A stretch of DNA of 64,000 nucleotides from Tricharina praecox (Eukaryota): positions 62,001 through 126,000 of the forward strand of contig NW_026250415.1 in the NCBI RefSeq assembly GCF_024521635.1. The letters are read 5' to 3'. Below the pieces are notes generated by a model. It did no database searches, was not told where the DNA came from, and saw only the letters and a program-made list of their open reading frames with translations. The position numbers and the translations under genes were made by a program. Positions 38,188 to 51,996 of this stretch are shown here, piece by piece (the first letter of the stretch is position 1; each line of letters opens with the position of its first letter).

Positions 38188-38287
38188 CTTGGCGAGTCAA
38201 CCTCCCTGCCCTTGGCGGCCATCTCCTTGGCGAGGAGCACTACCCGCACGTCTAGCGTGGGAACGCCGGCCCTGGCGTGGGAACGTG
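38188..38287 (-). promoter_or_regulatory. Cluster of four PacC/Rim101 consensus sites (GCCARG) plus a CACGTT Pho4/NUC-1-type site upstream of the phosphate permease
   Basis: CTTGGC at 38188, 38211 and 38226; CCTGGC at 38271; AACGTG at 38282. Confidence 0.6.
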
Positions 38288-38673
38288 GTGACACCGAATG
38301 AGGGCCTTACTGGCATTATCGCTGCTGCACGAAAATCATTCCGTGCGAGCGGATTGCGTGGTGGGTGGTGGTGGTGGTGGTGCTGGTGGTGGCACGCCCG
38401 CAGCATGTTGGTGGCATACATGGAAAGTAGGTACTCGGGCATAGATGGATAGATACATAAATATCCTCCCCCGCCCACCCCCCACCAGCCCGTTCGAATC
38501 CGTTCCCTAGAATCATCAGCATCCTCCGCTTGCCCTCTGCAGTCTCTCAGACACAGGCCAGAATCCCCCGTTCTGTCCTTCGCCGATAGCTGCTTCAGTC
38601 AGCTTCCGCCCTCCTCGAGTTCGACGCTCTTCGCATCACCACCTTCACAACCACCACCACAACAGTCGTCACG

Positions 38674-40528
38674 ATGGCCATCTACCATGAGATCGACTAC
38701 ATCTTTGCTTTGGGCATGATCTTCGCCTTCTTGGTATTTACATATTTCCGTCTTTTTTTGGCTGAGGCGATTGGTATTCTAACATTTCCGATCATAGGAC
38801 GCGTGGAATATCGGTGCCAACGATGTCGCCAATTCTTTCGCTACCTCGGTGTCTTCTCGGTCCCTCACTTTGGCGCAAGCCATGATGATTGCAACGGTTA
38901 TGGAGTTTACTGGTGCTCTCACCGTCGGTGCCCGTGTCTCGGACACCATTCGGTCCAAGATTGTTCTCCCCTCGGCCTTCGCTGACCAGTAAGCTGCCTT
39001 CTCCCAATCATGAGCAACGTCCAGACTCTAACATACACTCTCTAGGCCTGGTGTTCTCGCTTTGGGCATGCTTTGCGCTCTTATCGGATCTTCCACTTGG
39101 CTCACCGTCGCCACCTTCATCGGTCTTCCCGTCTCGACCACTCACTGCATCGTCGGTGGTGTCATCGGAATGGGTATCGCGACTGTCGGTGTCGACAACG
39201 TTGCCTGGGGATGGAACGACAAGGGTGTCGCTCAGATCGTCGCCTCGTGGGTCATCGCCCCCGCCATCGCCGGATGTTTCGCTGCCGTCATCTTCTCGGT
39301 CACCAAGTATGGTGTCCTGAAGCGCTCGAACCCCGTCAAGTACGGATTCATCATGGTCCCCATCTACTTCGGTATCACCTCCGCCATCTTGACCATGTTG
39401 ATCGTCTGGAAGGGAGCTGCTTCCCTCGACCTCGACGACTGGAACGCGGCCCAGATCTGTGGTACCATCTTCGGTGTTGCCGGCGCCGTCATGCTCATCG
39501 TCATCTTATTCTTCCTTCCCTGGTTGCACCGCAAGCTCGTGCTCAACGACTGGACCCTGAGGGGCTACCATGTATTCCTCGGTCCCCTCCTCCTCAAGCG
39601 TGGCCCCGTTCCCGATGCCCCCGAGGGTGCCAACCTCGACATCGTCCAGGACTACTACCGCGGACACGCCACCCGTGAAGATCTCGAGGCTGCCCACATC
39701 AACGAGGACACCATTAAGGACATGGAGCACTTCCGCGCTCAGAAGGAGGTCCTCGAGTCCGGCACCCCCGACGACATCGAGGCTGCTAAGGCTAAGATCG
39801 CTGCCTCCGGTAAGGCGCTCGCCGACGTCGAGAAGAAGGATGCTGGCCCATGGTACTTGCCCAAGAACATCGGAAAGATGATGCTCGCCGCTTTCCTTCA
39901 CGGAGTCACCAAGGACGTCATCGAGGAGCAGAACCGTGACGGTCGTCTCGCCGGAAACATGGTCGACATGCACGCCCGCGCCGCCCACTTCGACAACAAG
40001 GCCGAGCACTTGTACTCGTTCCTCCAGGTTCTCACCGCCGCCACCTCCTCGTTCGCCCACGGTGCCAACGACGTCTCCAACGCCATCGGTCCTCTGTCCA
40101 CCATCTTCCTCGTCTGGAACACCGGCACCATCGCCTCCAAGGCTCCCGTCCCTCTCTGGGTTCTCGCCTACGGAGGATCCGGTATCGTCATCGGTCTGTG
40201 GACTTACGGATACAACATCATGCGCAACCTCGGTAACCGTCTCACTCTGATGTCTCCCACCCGTGGTTTCTCGATGGAGCTCGGTTCCGCCGTCACCGTT
40301 GTCATGGCCACCCGTCTGTCGCTGCCCGTGTCTACCACGCAGTGCATTGTCGGCGCCACCATGGGTGTCGCGCTCTGCAACGGCGACTACCGCGCGCTCA
40401 ACTGGCGCATGGTCGCCTGGTGCTACTCGGGCTGGATCCTGACCCTGCCCATCGCCGGTATCATCTCCGGCTGCTTCATGGGTATCATCATCAACGCGCC
40501 CACGTGGTCCGGTATGGCCGCCGCTTAA
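38674..40528 (+). CDS. PHO89: Na+/phosphate symporter, PiT family (phosphate-repressible permease, Pho89/PHO-4 type)
   Basis: Exons 38674-38733, 38798-38988, 39046-40528. Signatures [10 protein letters not shown] and [23 protein letters not shown] repeats, multiple TM segments, strong codon bias. Confidence 0.95.
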
Positions 40529-43500
40529 ATCGTCTCGGTCTCTTGTCTGGTCTCTTGTCACACACACCCCCCTCCTCTCTCTCTCGCGAAAGAAAAAAAA
40601 GTCAATTGTACATTCTTAATTCTTCATATTCTTTTTTTATCCGGTGGTTTGGGTTCGGTTTCTTTGGAGGGATAGATCTTGCTTGCTTGCACGTTGTAGG
40701 GAGTGGGTGGGGGAGGCTTTCTCTCGCTTTTTTTTCTTTTTCTTCTTTCTTTCTTTTTTTCTTTTGGTCTTTGACTGCTAGGGTAGGTTGGGTTCGGGTC
40801 GGGGTGGTTGGGTGGTTAGTGAATAGTTCGCAGAAATGGCTGGATGGTCGGTCGGGGGATTTTTGATTACACACAAAATATACATTTTTTGGAAACGAAC
40901 CAAAGTTTTCCTGTTCGCCGTGACTTGAAATTGAATTGACTGGACTGGACTTGAATTGGCTTTGATCGCGGTGATGCCGCGGCGAGACCATATTCGGATG
41001 GATCATGGAGGTTCGTGGCCATCCGATCCAATCCTGTCCGATGAACCTTCGTCCCCACCGGCGCGGCAACGGACACGACGTATTGGCTCCCTAGAATCAT
41101 TTCCTTTCGTTCTGTCTTTCCAGGTTACAATCCCACCTACGAGCCCGTCACTGTCTAGTCGGCATCCGCAACCCGAAACCCGCTGGAGCACTCATGAAAC
41201 CGATCGGCGCACGCCGAGCCGCGCTAATCACGGCCATCCCCGGGGCGTACGTGCACTCCCTCCGGAGTCCGGAATGCGCTCTCGAGTTTCCAGTCTCGAC
41301 CAACGGAGAGGGTTGTAATTTGGAACTTTGGACGAGCGGGCGGTTAGTGGGGGCCCTGGAGGGGCCCTGGGGGGCGGATGGATGCCGATTCAATGGGTAC
41401 GGACGGATATCAGATAAGAAACTGGTCGGGGGAGGGAATACGTGACGACACCTTCGACACCTTGGAATCGACGAATACCGGGAAGACGCACGCGCCACCA
41501 GGAACCTTGGGATGGACGCCTACATACATACATACGGAGATGAGACACGCGGCAGGCGACACGCTGCGCTGGAGTCACGGAGCCTGGCATGTGGCAACGA
41601 GAAATATCCGACAGCCTACAGGCATACCCAGGATAGATTGGAGTGGAGTCAGTTAAAGTTATGGTTATGGTTATTGCTTCCCCGCAATCCGCTGTCGATA
41701 CTCTATATATACGGTACTCTATGCCATTGGATGGTGTTACTGGTCACTGGTCACTGGCCAAGACTCAGTATCCACGCCAATCATAACGCTCACTCGTCAC
41801 TTTTGTGCCTCGGCCGTACCTACCTAGGTAGTTCCCGGCGACTCCGTCCGACCAACTCCCCAGCCGTTGGATAGATGGGCGTTGAACGCCTGGGTCCGCA
41901 GCTGGCGATGTTTCAACGATCGATCAACTGCGACCGACCACCGGCTGGACGAGACGCCCACGAGCGCCATGCGGTTCGCCCCCCGGGCCCCAACAGTTCG
42001 CCACGGAAAATTTGGCCAAGCCGTAGGGTATACGCGTAATACGTATACGCCATCGAACCTGGAGTGTCGTCGTGTCGATCACCGTTTCGTTTGTCGCCGC
42101 GGCCCGCAGGGAGAAACAACGAGTTTTTGTTGGTGTTTTAACTTTTAACTTTTGCTAGCAGCTTTGGCCGAGACCGGGGTTCGGGGTTCGGGGTTCGGAC
42201 CGGCCCGAGTCGGGAGCGCGCTGGACTCACTCGGTCCACTCCCACAGCTGTCCCGGTTTTCCGGTCGCAGAAGCGAAGATCAAGAAGCACGCCTTATCTG
42301 ACAGGTCTCTGACAGGTCTCTCGTGTAGCCCGTGGGGAAAGGTTAATTCCTCGCCCCCAACCTCAACCTCGGCACGCCTCGCTCGTTCCCCCCAAAGCTG
42401 CAGAGAACCAAGTTCCAACGGCCATCGTGGCTCGTGATTCGTGATCCCATGGACATTGGACCCCGTGGTCCGTAAACGGAAAGACCTCCGCTACAACCCC
42501 AGGGCCCAGACGCGGGGACCCGCCCGCCGCCCGCAGTCGTGAAACAGTGAAACAGTAATGGCTAGATGCATCGCTGCATCGGAGGGAGATCTATACATTT
42601 ATCTATATACCTATGTAGTATCTACCGATCAAAAAACTTTTACAAATAACGTCCTGGAAATGAGTTTCGATATGGAGGACGGTGGATGGAGACCGGGTCA
42701 CCGGGGGTATACTCTGCTCAACTTAGATGGATGCAGCTGACCGGGGACCCGGGATTGAATGCGGTTGGAGCATAAACGAAACGGAACGGGACCACAAGCG
42801 CTCGCTGATCGGCAGACAGCACCTGAGAACCACAAGGAAACATTATATGATATCGATCCTCGCCGGTGACCGGTCGTCGCAATATACTCTACAGTCTACT
42901 CCTTATCGTCCCAGCAGCAGCTCACGGACACGCCGCTCTCCAGCCAAGCCATACCATCGTGGGCGGTGGGGAGCGACCAGCACGCGCAGGTAGGACGCGG
43001 AAGTCGATCCTTGTCGGTAGGCGAGGAGAGCTGGTGGGCCGAGTAGTGTCATGTATGTAGACGGTGGAAACGAACCGCCATCTGCACTACACGAGACCGA
43101 GACCGAACGCGAGCGCGAGGGAACACCGATCGATCTATCATCTATGTAATCCGCATCCAGCCCTCCGCAACATGGAGCCGGGCACCAAGACATTCATCAG
43201 ACAACAATCTCGAGTCAATAATTGTGATTGAGTCCGATTGGGTCCGATTGACTCGGGGTCCTGAACTCCGATCCGGTTGGAATTTCCCATCATGAGAGAG
43301 AGAGATAGAGAGAGAGATCTTCAGTTTATTTCGCATAAGTATCTAGACTATGGCGAAAAATTTCCCATCATGCGAGTGACTTGGTACTCCAAAGCGAGTG
43401 ATCGTCGAGTGATCAGCCGCGCAGACTCCAGGGTGCGTGAGAACTCCTCACTCCCAGTTAACAGCTGCGGTCTGCAACCTGCGGGTTGTAGCTCATCGTC

Positions 43501-45263
43501 TTCAAGTACCATTCCGAAGACGGACCGAGCCATCACAGATTCACAGGAGAGCACTGCCTCCGGATCAAGCCCCGGCCGGCTGACGTCCCAGTGCTGGTGG
43601 CGCAGACACTTCCTCGTCAAGCGATGTCTGAGCTGGAAGATCCAGCAGAAGCTGCTCTGGAAAGGGGACCATATATGGACGGGAAAGCTCTTTGCTGATA
43701 AAATATTTTCTCGGGCCACCCCGGAGGCGAGTTATCAGGAGGGAGCGGGCGTGGACGGGCGGAGGGAAGCCGGCTGCAGCTAGCGAGCTGATCGACCGCT
43801 GTTTCGGGTTGGCTAGTTAGTAGTCAGATAAGACACGCGGAATAACCAGAGTACGCTGGCCATGATATACTCCAGATATAGTCGAGTAGACTGTATGCAA
43901 GACATACGACGGATTAAAACCACCCTACTATACCCAGTGCCATCTCAACCCCGGCCGTGCGCAAACCCTTCTCTTTCCATCTGACAAGCGACAAGCCTTC
44001 GATTGCTATGATCCTACGTGCCTACATATGCTGGGGCTCGTTACATCCACCACGGTGGATCACAACTTCACAAGTCATGACTCGCTTAATTCAATCTTCA
44101 ATTTTTCAATTTCTCAAATCTACCCACATACCTACCGGACATTTTATACACCGGTCCCTCCTCCTTTGTCTCAATCGTCGGATTACCTACGGCCAACCAT
44201 GGCAAACCGTGGCATGGCACATTACATCGCTCGCTGCGTTCTTTCGTTCTCGGCGGGCTTCAAAGTTCACGAAGCAGGCGGGAATTAATCATAGTAAAGT
44301 AGAGTAGAGTAGAATACCCAAGTCGACCGGACCGCGTGTGGAAGCCTAAGGCTCAAGCCTTCTGGCCTGCCTGCCTAGAGATTGACAGGTTGTATATATT
44401 TCGGTGGATATCGAAGACAACACCTAGGTACATACCTGCATAGGTAAGAAGACTCTTTGGTCTTTTTACGACTTCTCGAGAGTCGAGACATGCCTAGGTA
44501 GGTAAGTAGGTAGTTATTGAAAAGCGTGCGTCCCAGCGAGCGGACAAACCTACCGATAGGTACACTTGAATCTTGATACCTACCTACCTCCTGATGCTGC
44601 GGACCAAGCTTGACTCGACTCCACACCCTACAGGAGTGCCAGTAACTTCACCGAGTAAGTTCCACTAACCAGTGACCGTCTGTCGGTGGTGGTGGTGGTG
44701 TTGGCGAAGCCACTCGACAGCGGCGATCGCCCTCGGCCCCCGACTATCACAGGTAACATAGCAGGATGGAAAAGAAACACTGCAGTTAACTTTGTCCGGG
44801 TCAACCGGCATTCGTTTCGTTTCGATTTTCTTTCTTGGACAAGTGTTTTATTTACTTCCTTCAGGGCTTAAGGCTTGCAGTATTATTTCTTATTCTTCTT
44901 GATGCTCCCTCTCCCGCTCCCGCAGTACAAATCTGGGTACAGTTTGGCTGGGTCAAACAAAACCGGCAAGTAAATGGGACAATTTCTTCATATGTATATA
45001 TGCGAGTGAGAAGTTGTGATCACATAGGTAGAGATGATTTGAGTAACGAGAGCATATGGCTGATTAAATTGTACGGCCAACAGCGCGATACGCTCTACCA
45101 AAAACCCAAAGACCAAAACCAATTCATTCGCATTCGCATCCGCAGACAGATAGGCAGGGAATCATCCACAAAAACGACTGTCGTGATCCTACGATTCATA
45201 CAAGCCTCAAGTTTCTACTCGCCCAAAACCCGGCGGCTCCGTGTCACTACAGTCCTCACCGCC

Positions 45264-47164
45264 CTACTCCGCCTGAATCCAGCTCATCGCGCCCTCCTCG
45301 ACCTCACCCCCGGCCAGCAGATCAAGCCACGTCTCACCGCGGCGTCTCTTGCCACTAACGCCGCCGACTCCCCTCGCCTCGACCTCCCCGCCCGCCTCCC
45401 AGCTATCCGCCCACTCCCTCGCCCAGTCAATGAGGCTATCCTCCCTGCACCACTCCGCCATTCCCATCAATCCCACGGGCATGCCCGCCTGCGCACTATA
45501 CCCGCACGGCATGGTAACGGCCGGACACCCCGCCCAATTCGCAAGGAAGACGTACTGCATGCTCCGCAGGCTCGTATTGGAATCGCTAACTCCCGGACCG
45601 CCGCGGACGGCGCAGCCAGCCGGGATCGCAACGCCTACGTGCGGCGTCGTGGGCGTGACTATGATTAGTCCCGGGTGCTGCTGGAAGAGGTGCGCCAGGT
45701 GGGACATCATCAGGGCGCGCAGCTTTTGCGCGAGGAGTAGGTCCCGCGCTGGTGCGCGCGAGCTGATCGAGACGAGGACTTTGTTGGCGGGCGTGAGGCC
45801 GCGAGTGTTGCCTTGGCAGAAAACGCCACCGATTTCGGACAGGATTGTGAGCGCGTGTGCGCTGCGCGAGGAGGCGAGGTACGGGAGTGAGATCTCGACG
45901 ATGTCGTAGTGCAGGACGTCGCGGTAGTGTGCGATCGCCGCGGTGGTGAGCGCGAGGACTTCGGCGTCGCAGTCGTTGAACCATGGGGTGTAGATTCCGA
46001 GGGTCTTCTTAGGTGGCGGGGAGGTGCGGGTGGTGGGGGGCGGGAAGTGGCTGGTTGGGTCCGGGGTGGCCATGATGCGGTAGGCTAGCTCGAGGTCGTC
46101 GATGGTGGCTGCGATGGGGCCGACGACGCCGACGCTCGGCGCGATACTGACGGTGGGTTCAGACGAGACGCGGCCGTGCGTGGGCTTGAGGCCGTAGACG
46201 CCGCAGTAGGCGGCGGGCACGCGGATCGATCCGCCGCCGTCGGCGCCGACCGCAATGGGGACGATCCCGCCGCCGACGGCGGCGCCGGAGCCGCCCGAGG
46301 ACCCGCCGGGATAGTAGTGCTTGTTGTACGGATTCGGCGGCGTGCCCCAGTTCGGGTTGTTGTTCGTCGTGTCCAGCCCGATCTCGTGCATGTTGCTCTT
46401 GCCCAGGAACAGCATGCCCGCGTCCAGAAGCTTCTGCACGCACCACGATGTCTGCCCCTGCTCCGCCACGCCGACGTGGCGCACTTCCGCCTCTTGCGTG
46501 GTCAGTCCGAGGGTCTTGGGCGTCCCCGCAACGTCGAGCTCGTCCTTGACCACCAACGGCACGCCATCGAGCGGAAGCGAGTTCCCGGCCGCATACCTTG
46601 CTGTGGACTCCCTCGCCGCGGCAAGAAGTTGATCTGCCGGCGTGACGGAGATGAACACGAGGTTCCTCTCGTCCCTTCCCAGACTGGCGATGAACCTCTC
46701 TGCGACCTCAGTCGGCGTCGTTGCGCCGGACTTGTACGCGGCGATGTAGTCAGCCGAAGAGTGAAATACACTTTTTGCCCTTGGTGCGACTGAAGCCTGC
46801 ACCTCCTCCTCGGCGTCGGCGTCGGCCGAGCCGCGCGCCACAGATGTCACGGTGGGATCGTACCGCGCGACGTGGGCGTCCAGACAGCCGGTTTTCTCGA
46901 TCGCGGCGAGCGATTGGGTAAACCCGGCATTGTTCCAGAGCAGCTGCTGGAGAGGGCCGACGTTCTCGGTGCTGCGGGGGGAAAATGCTGGTCAGAACGT
47001 ATTGCGGGGTAGGTGCGTGGGTAGACAGCGGAAGTTACATACACAGTGCTCAGGATAGAGAGGGCAATGCCCGAGAGTGTTGGATTGCTGAAGGCTGGGT
47101 TCTCGTAGGGGGTTTCAGCGGCTTTAACCGGCGGGGGATAGTTGAGGAAGTCTTGCGGGGCCAT
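45264..47164 (-). CDS. Amidase signature family protein (fatty-acid amide hydrolase-like)
   Basis: Exons 47043-47164 and 45264-46971. Catalytic K in VVKD, GGSSGGS, GADGGGSIRVPA, YGLKPT. Confidence 0.92.
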
Positions 47165-48543
47165 CTTTGTTGCGAGTGGGGGGGTAATGTCTATGCTCAC
47201 TTTGAAGCTGGAGCTGACGGAAGTGCGACGTTCAGATAAGAAGAGCTCTACCTTCAGGCTCCTGGACTCTAGAGACCGAGAGCAACGTTTTGCCGAGGCC
47301 GCGCTAATAGCAGTGGGAATTTGGCCAATTGCAAGTTAGTTACAACGGGCTGGCAGACACGTGAAAGGCTTCGGATCATCATCCATGTAACGACGGATTC
47401 GGAATAGCGAGTAACATCCTGTGACGAGCAGGCCTCAGCAACGAGCAAGGCCGCCCGGCGCCGCCGTGGTCTCCCCAGTAGTACCGTACCCATCCGCGAT
47501 TGGAACAGCCCTTCACTCCGCCAGGCGCCTCGCTCTCGACCTCGTGTTTAGCCGACTCGACATCAGTGCGGACACCTACCACCGCCACCCATGCGACCAA
47601 AAGCCGTTTGCAGATGCCTACCATACCTCCCATACATATATCCGGATATGTCTCCTTTGAAACGTCGCGGACGCTCCAGAGGTGTCTCGTGTTGGGTTGG
47701 GTATATAAACGGAATTGACCCGGATCGACGCCCTACCTGCATGCAGGCCCCAGGGCGGGCAGCAATGCGGGCAGCGGGCCCTGCGTTGACGTCGGTCCGA
47801 GCCCTGAAGCTGCCTAGCACATAGCAGCATTGCACACAGCCGTGCGGAATCCCCTACACACGCGAATAGAGTTGCGTGGGAATGAGACTTCTACATACTA
47901 GTAGCCCTGCCATCACTTCTGCCGTCACGAATGTGCGTGCGATGCCGGCAGTTGTGCTATGGTTAAGTGTTCCTCCCCTACCTACTTGGTTATGCTACCA
48001 TGATAGCCTATGTATGATGTGTGTAGTCATCTTCCTCCGCTGCTTCCGGATTATTCATCCCAAGCCGTATTTCCTCTCCTCCGGAGTAAATACGATCCAT
48101 TGGTGGCTACCAGATACGGTACGGTACCCTGCCAGCAAAATCACGGAAAAGCATGGTCTTGTCTTATACAGCGATCGCAACAATCTTACCACGGTACCAG
48201 TGTCATTAGCCGTTCGCCAGGACTTTTCCTGACATCAAAGTCATACCTCGTGACAAAATAATACCGCTTGCTCGCTCGTCGAGCAACCACACCCCACACC
48301 ACCAGCCAACGTGCTCTCGAATTCCCCGCTAAACAAAAAAAAAACGAATGACGATGTTGATACGCATGATAGCAATACAAACAGATCGATCGGGAAACAA
48401 AAAACATGTAGCCCCAAGACCACGCACGCACGACAGACACCGTAACTCCGCAAAAAAAGCAAATCCCATAACCAGGCTTCTTGGCTTGTCCTGTAAAAAA
48501 GCATATCCCTCTCGTTTCGTTCATTCGTACGGTTGTAATCACT

Positions 48544-49293
48544 TCATTGCCGGTTCAATCCCCCCGTTAGCCGTGCCCACGCTCGTCCCGCAACGTTACC
48601 GTCCTCCTGAGCGGGCGGCGGCGGCGGCATCGACCCGGGCTGTGACGGCGGCTCGACGTTGATCACGACCTCACCGGACTGGGACTGGGACTGGGGGTGC
48701 AGCAGCGCGGTATGCGCGGGTAGAGGAGGAGGAGGAAGTACAGCGGCCGAGGAGCTGCTTCCCAGGTCACTCATCGTCCCCTGCGCCATCGTCGGCGGCG
48801 GCCCGTCTTTGTACAGCGTATCGTACATCGGCGGCGCCGCTTCGTACTTTGGCAACTGCTCGTTAGCATCGGCGTCGAGGTCGCCCCCCCGCTGGCGGCC
48901 CGTTGTCGCTGCTGCAGCCACTGGCGGTCTGTGTAGTTCGCCCCGTCGTCAGCGACAAAGTACCTACTGACGTGCGTGGGACGGGAGGGAGGGTGGCAAA
49001 CCGCGTCGGAGTTTGGTATTCTCGTCCGCCTATCCCGCCGATTCCGCCATCGCGCCAGTCTCCGCCGACGACGACCACGCGGGGGCCGGTGGCATACGCG
49101 GTGCGCGCACGACGGATAAAGACGCTGCGGAGGAAGAGCAGCATCACGACTATCGCGAGTACGATCCCGAGGCTGCGAGACGTGGTGGCGGGTATGTTAG
49201 CTGCATGGTATGCGATGAGGCTGAGAGATGGCTCTGCTGCCGCCTGCGGGGGGAGGGGCGGACTAACGTGTAGAAGACACCACCGCTTGACAT
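48544..49293 (-). CDS. Small single-pass membrane protein with PY motifs (possible Rsp5/Nedd4 adaptor)
   Basis: Exons 49268-49293, 48972-49172, 48544-48928 join in frame: MSSGGVFYT-LGIVLAIVVMLLFL (TM)-RSVFIRRAR...LPKYEAAPPMY. Confidence 0.7.
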
Positions 49294-50658
49294 GATGGGG
49301 CCGGATGTGGAGATATTGTAGGTAGGTTTCTTTGGGACGGAGGCCAAAGACGATCTGTAGTAGCTGCCAGTAAGAGTTGGCGTGGGATACTTTGGATGTT
49401 GGAATACTTCGGATGGGTGGGCTGCTTGGGTTGGGGCTGTGTGTGTGCCTTGCTTCGCAATCAAGCAAGAGTCAAGGTGACGACTTCCGTGGGCGATCGG
49501 CGGGGAGCAGCCATGCTATGCTCCTTCGGGACAGCTCGAGTGCTGGTTGGTGAATGGCCCGCGGACAGGACACAACCGCCAACCGGACGGTCGAAAATGA
49601 TTCCTCCGCTCCGAGTTCCCTTGTCTGACTGCCCAGACTGCGAAGTCCATTCGGAGTACAGAGCACCTATCTCGAGTCAGCTCGAGGATAACATGTAGTT
49701 AGAGTACCGGTACCGTAGGTTGATGATGGCCATCAGCATGCAAAATGGCGGCAAAGGAAAAAAAAGACTAATAGAATTCTCCCGCGGCAACTATCATAAT
49801 CATCCCCAATAATACGGCGCTATCCATCGATTATCCGTAAATCGCCCTGCAGACCGAAACTCTCCGGCTCTTCTCTTCGCTGCCCATCTGCCATCTCTTC
49901 GCATGCCAGCTTCCGAGGTCCCACAGTTGTCGGGTCCATCGCACGCACTACTACGTACCGTTCCTCCTAACCTAAGCTTCGCTTCTCCCCACGCTACTCG
50001 GCGGATGAGATCCTGGCGACATCAGGCTAAATGGGCGGCGACGCCCCTCAATTCAACCCCACACTCCAACCTTCTCGCTTCAGTTTTCGTGAGGATACGG
50101 TATGTGCGTATGATACAGCACCGTACATACACCACCCCGCTGGTGAATCCGAATGCACCCACCACCACCTCTCTTTTTGCCTGCATGCACCACCAGAATT
50201 TCCCGGCTGATCCTTCGATAGATAGCAATACATACATGCCTTCGCCGGGAGGCGTTACCGCGCATGGATAAATCTGCGGGCTATGGTCTTCCGGACGCCG
50301 AGCTGACTCCGCGATGGCTCGGTAGGTGGGTAGAAGACATGTAGGTAGGTAGGTAGATGAGGTTGCGCGATGGGGGATCTACCTATATATTGCTGTGCCT
50401 TTCCCATGCGATCGTTTCTCAAGATCTCTTGCCTCCCATCTAGATTTGATATCTCCTCGGTTGCCTCCTCCAGCTCCTCCGCCTCCTCCAGCTCCTCCAG
50501 TTTCCGAACAAGCCCACCGTGTAGGTTCGAACTCTGACCGCTGTGCGGAGTGACAGTCCGTGCTGACTTGGCCGTTGCGTAGAACAGACGACCCTTACTC
50601 CGCTCTTCTCCTCACTCCTCACTCCCCAACACATATCCGCCCCCACGCACTCCCATAG

Positions 50659-51996
50659 ATGTCGGACAACAGCCTGCTGAAGGGCCTCAAGGCCAACATC
50701 GGAGTGTACACCGACCCTGAACACAACCTGTACATCGACTCCGCCAGCCCATCGGTGGAAGAGCTCCAGAGCGGATCTTCGCTGAAGCACGGAGAGGTCG
50801 TCGTCAAGATCCGGAGTACCGGTATCTGCGGGTGGGTTCCGAATTCCTAGCCGTGTCTGGCTGGCATATGGCCCCTCCCCCTCCCCCTCCCCCTCCCCCT
50901 CCCCCTCCCCGCCCCCCGATGCCTGTCCGTCATGCACAATTCTTCCGGGACCCTACGCTAACGCGCGTTCGCAATAGCTCCGATGTCCACTTCTGGCATG
51001 CCGGCTGTATTGGCCCTATGATCGTCGAGGGCAAGCACATCCTAGGCCACGAGTCCGCAGGCGAGGTAAGCCCAAAAAAGCCCCGACGTCCCCCTCGTCT
51101 CCACCCCATCCTAACACCGAGACAAACAAAAGATCATCGCCGCGCACCCCTCGGTCACCCACCTCAAGCTCGGCGACGTCGTCGCCGTGGAGCCGAACAT
51201 CCCCTGCCATGCGTGCCAGCCATGCCTCACAGGGCGCTACAACGGCTGCGAAAAGGTGCTGTTCCTATCGACGCCTCCAGTCCCCGGTCTCCTGCGGCGC
51301 TACGTCACGCACCCCGCCGTCTGGTGCCACAAGCTGCCCGACACCATGACCTTCGAGGATGGCGCTCTGCTCGAGCCTCTCTCAGTCGCGCTCGCCGCCG
51401 TTGAGCGCTCCGGCATCAAGCTGGGCGACTCAGTTTTGATCTGCGGCGCCGGGCCCATCGGGTTAATCTCCCTCCTGTGCGCCAAAGCCGCGGGCGCCGA
51501 ACCCATCGTGATCACGGACATCGACCAGGGACGACTCGACTTCGCAACGTCGCTCGTAGCGGGCAAGCCGGGCACGCTCAAGACGTACCTCGTCCCGCGC
51601 GGCAAGAGCGAGGAGGAGAACGCAGCCGCCATCGTCGCCACGTTCGGCGGCGTCGAGCCCGACGCCTGCCTCGAGTGCACGGGCGTCGAGTCGTCGATTG
51701 GCGCAGCGATCTTTGCGGTCCGCTTCGGCGGCACGGTGTTCGTCGTCGGCGTCGGGAAGAATCATATGACGTTCCCGTTCATGCGCCTTAGCACCCGCGA
51801 GGTAGACCTTAAGTTCCAGTACAGGTACTGCAATACTTGGCCTCGCGCGATTAGGCTTGTCAGCTCGGGTATTCTGCAGGATATTAGGAAGCTCGTCACC
51901 CATCGATTTACCCTCGATAATGCCGTCGAGGCGTTTAAAGTCAGTGCCGACCCGAAGAGTGGCGCTATTAAGGTGCAGATTACGAATGATGCGTAG
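50659..51996 (+). CDS. lad1: L-arabinitol 4-dehydrogenase (Zn-dependent medium-chain dehydrogenase)
   Basis: Exons 50659-50831, 50978-51065, 51133-51996. [22 protein letters not shown], structural-Zn cysteines, [18 protein letters not shown]...[12 protein letters not shown] typical of LAD. Confidence 0.92.

Noticed and set aside
39506..40567. Long antisense ORFs over PHO89 (similar ones over LAT1, the GYF gene and lad1)
   Set aside because: Expected shadows of strongly C-biased codon usage on the coding strand.
43277..43783. 168-aa ORF between the convergent permease and amidase genes
   Set aside because: Non-ATG start, includes a GA microsatellite, no domain or splice support.
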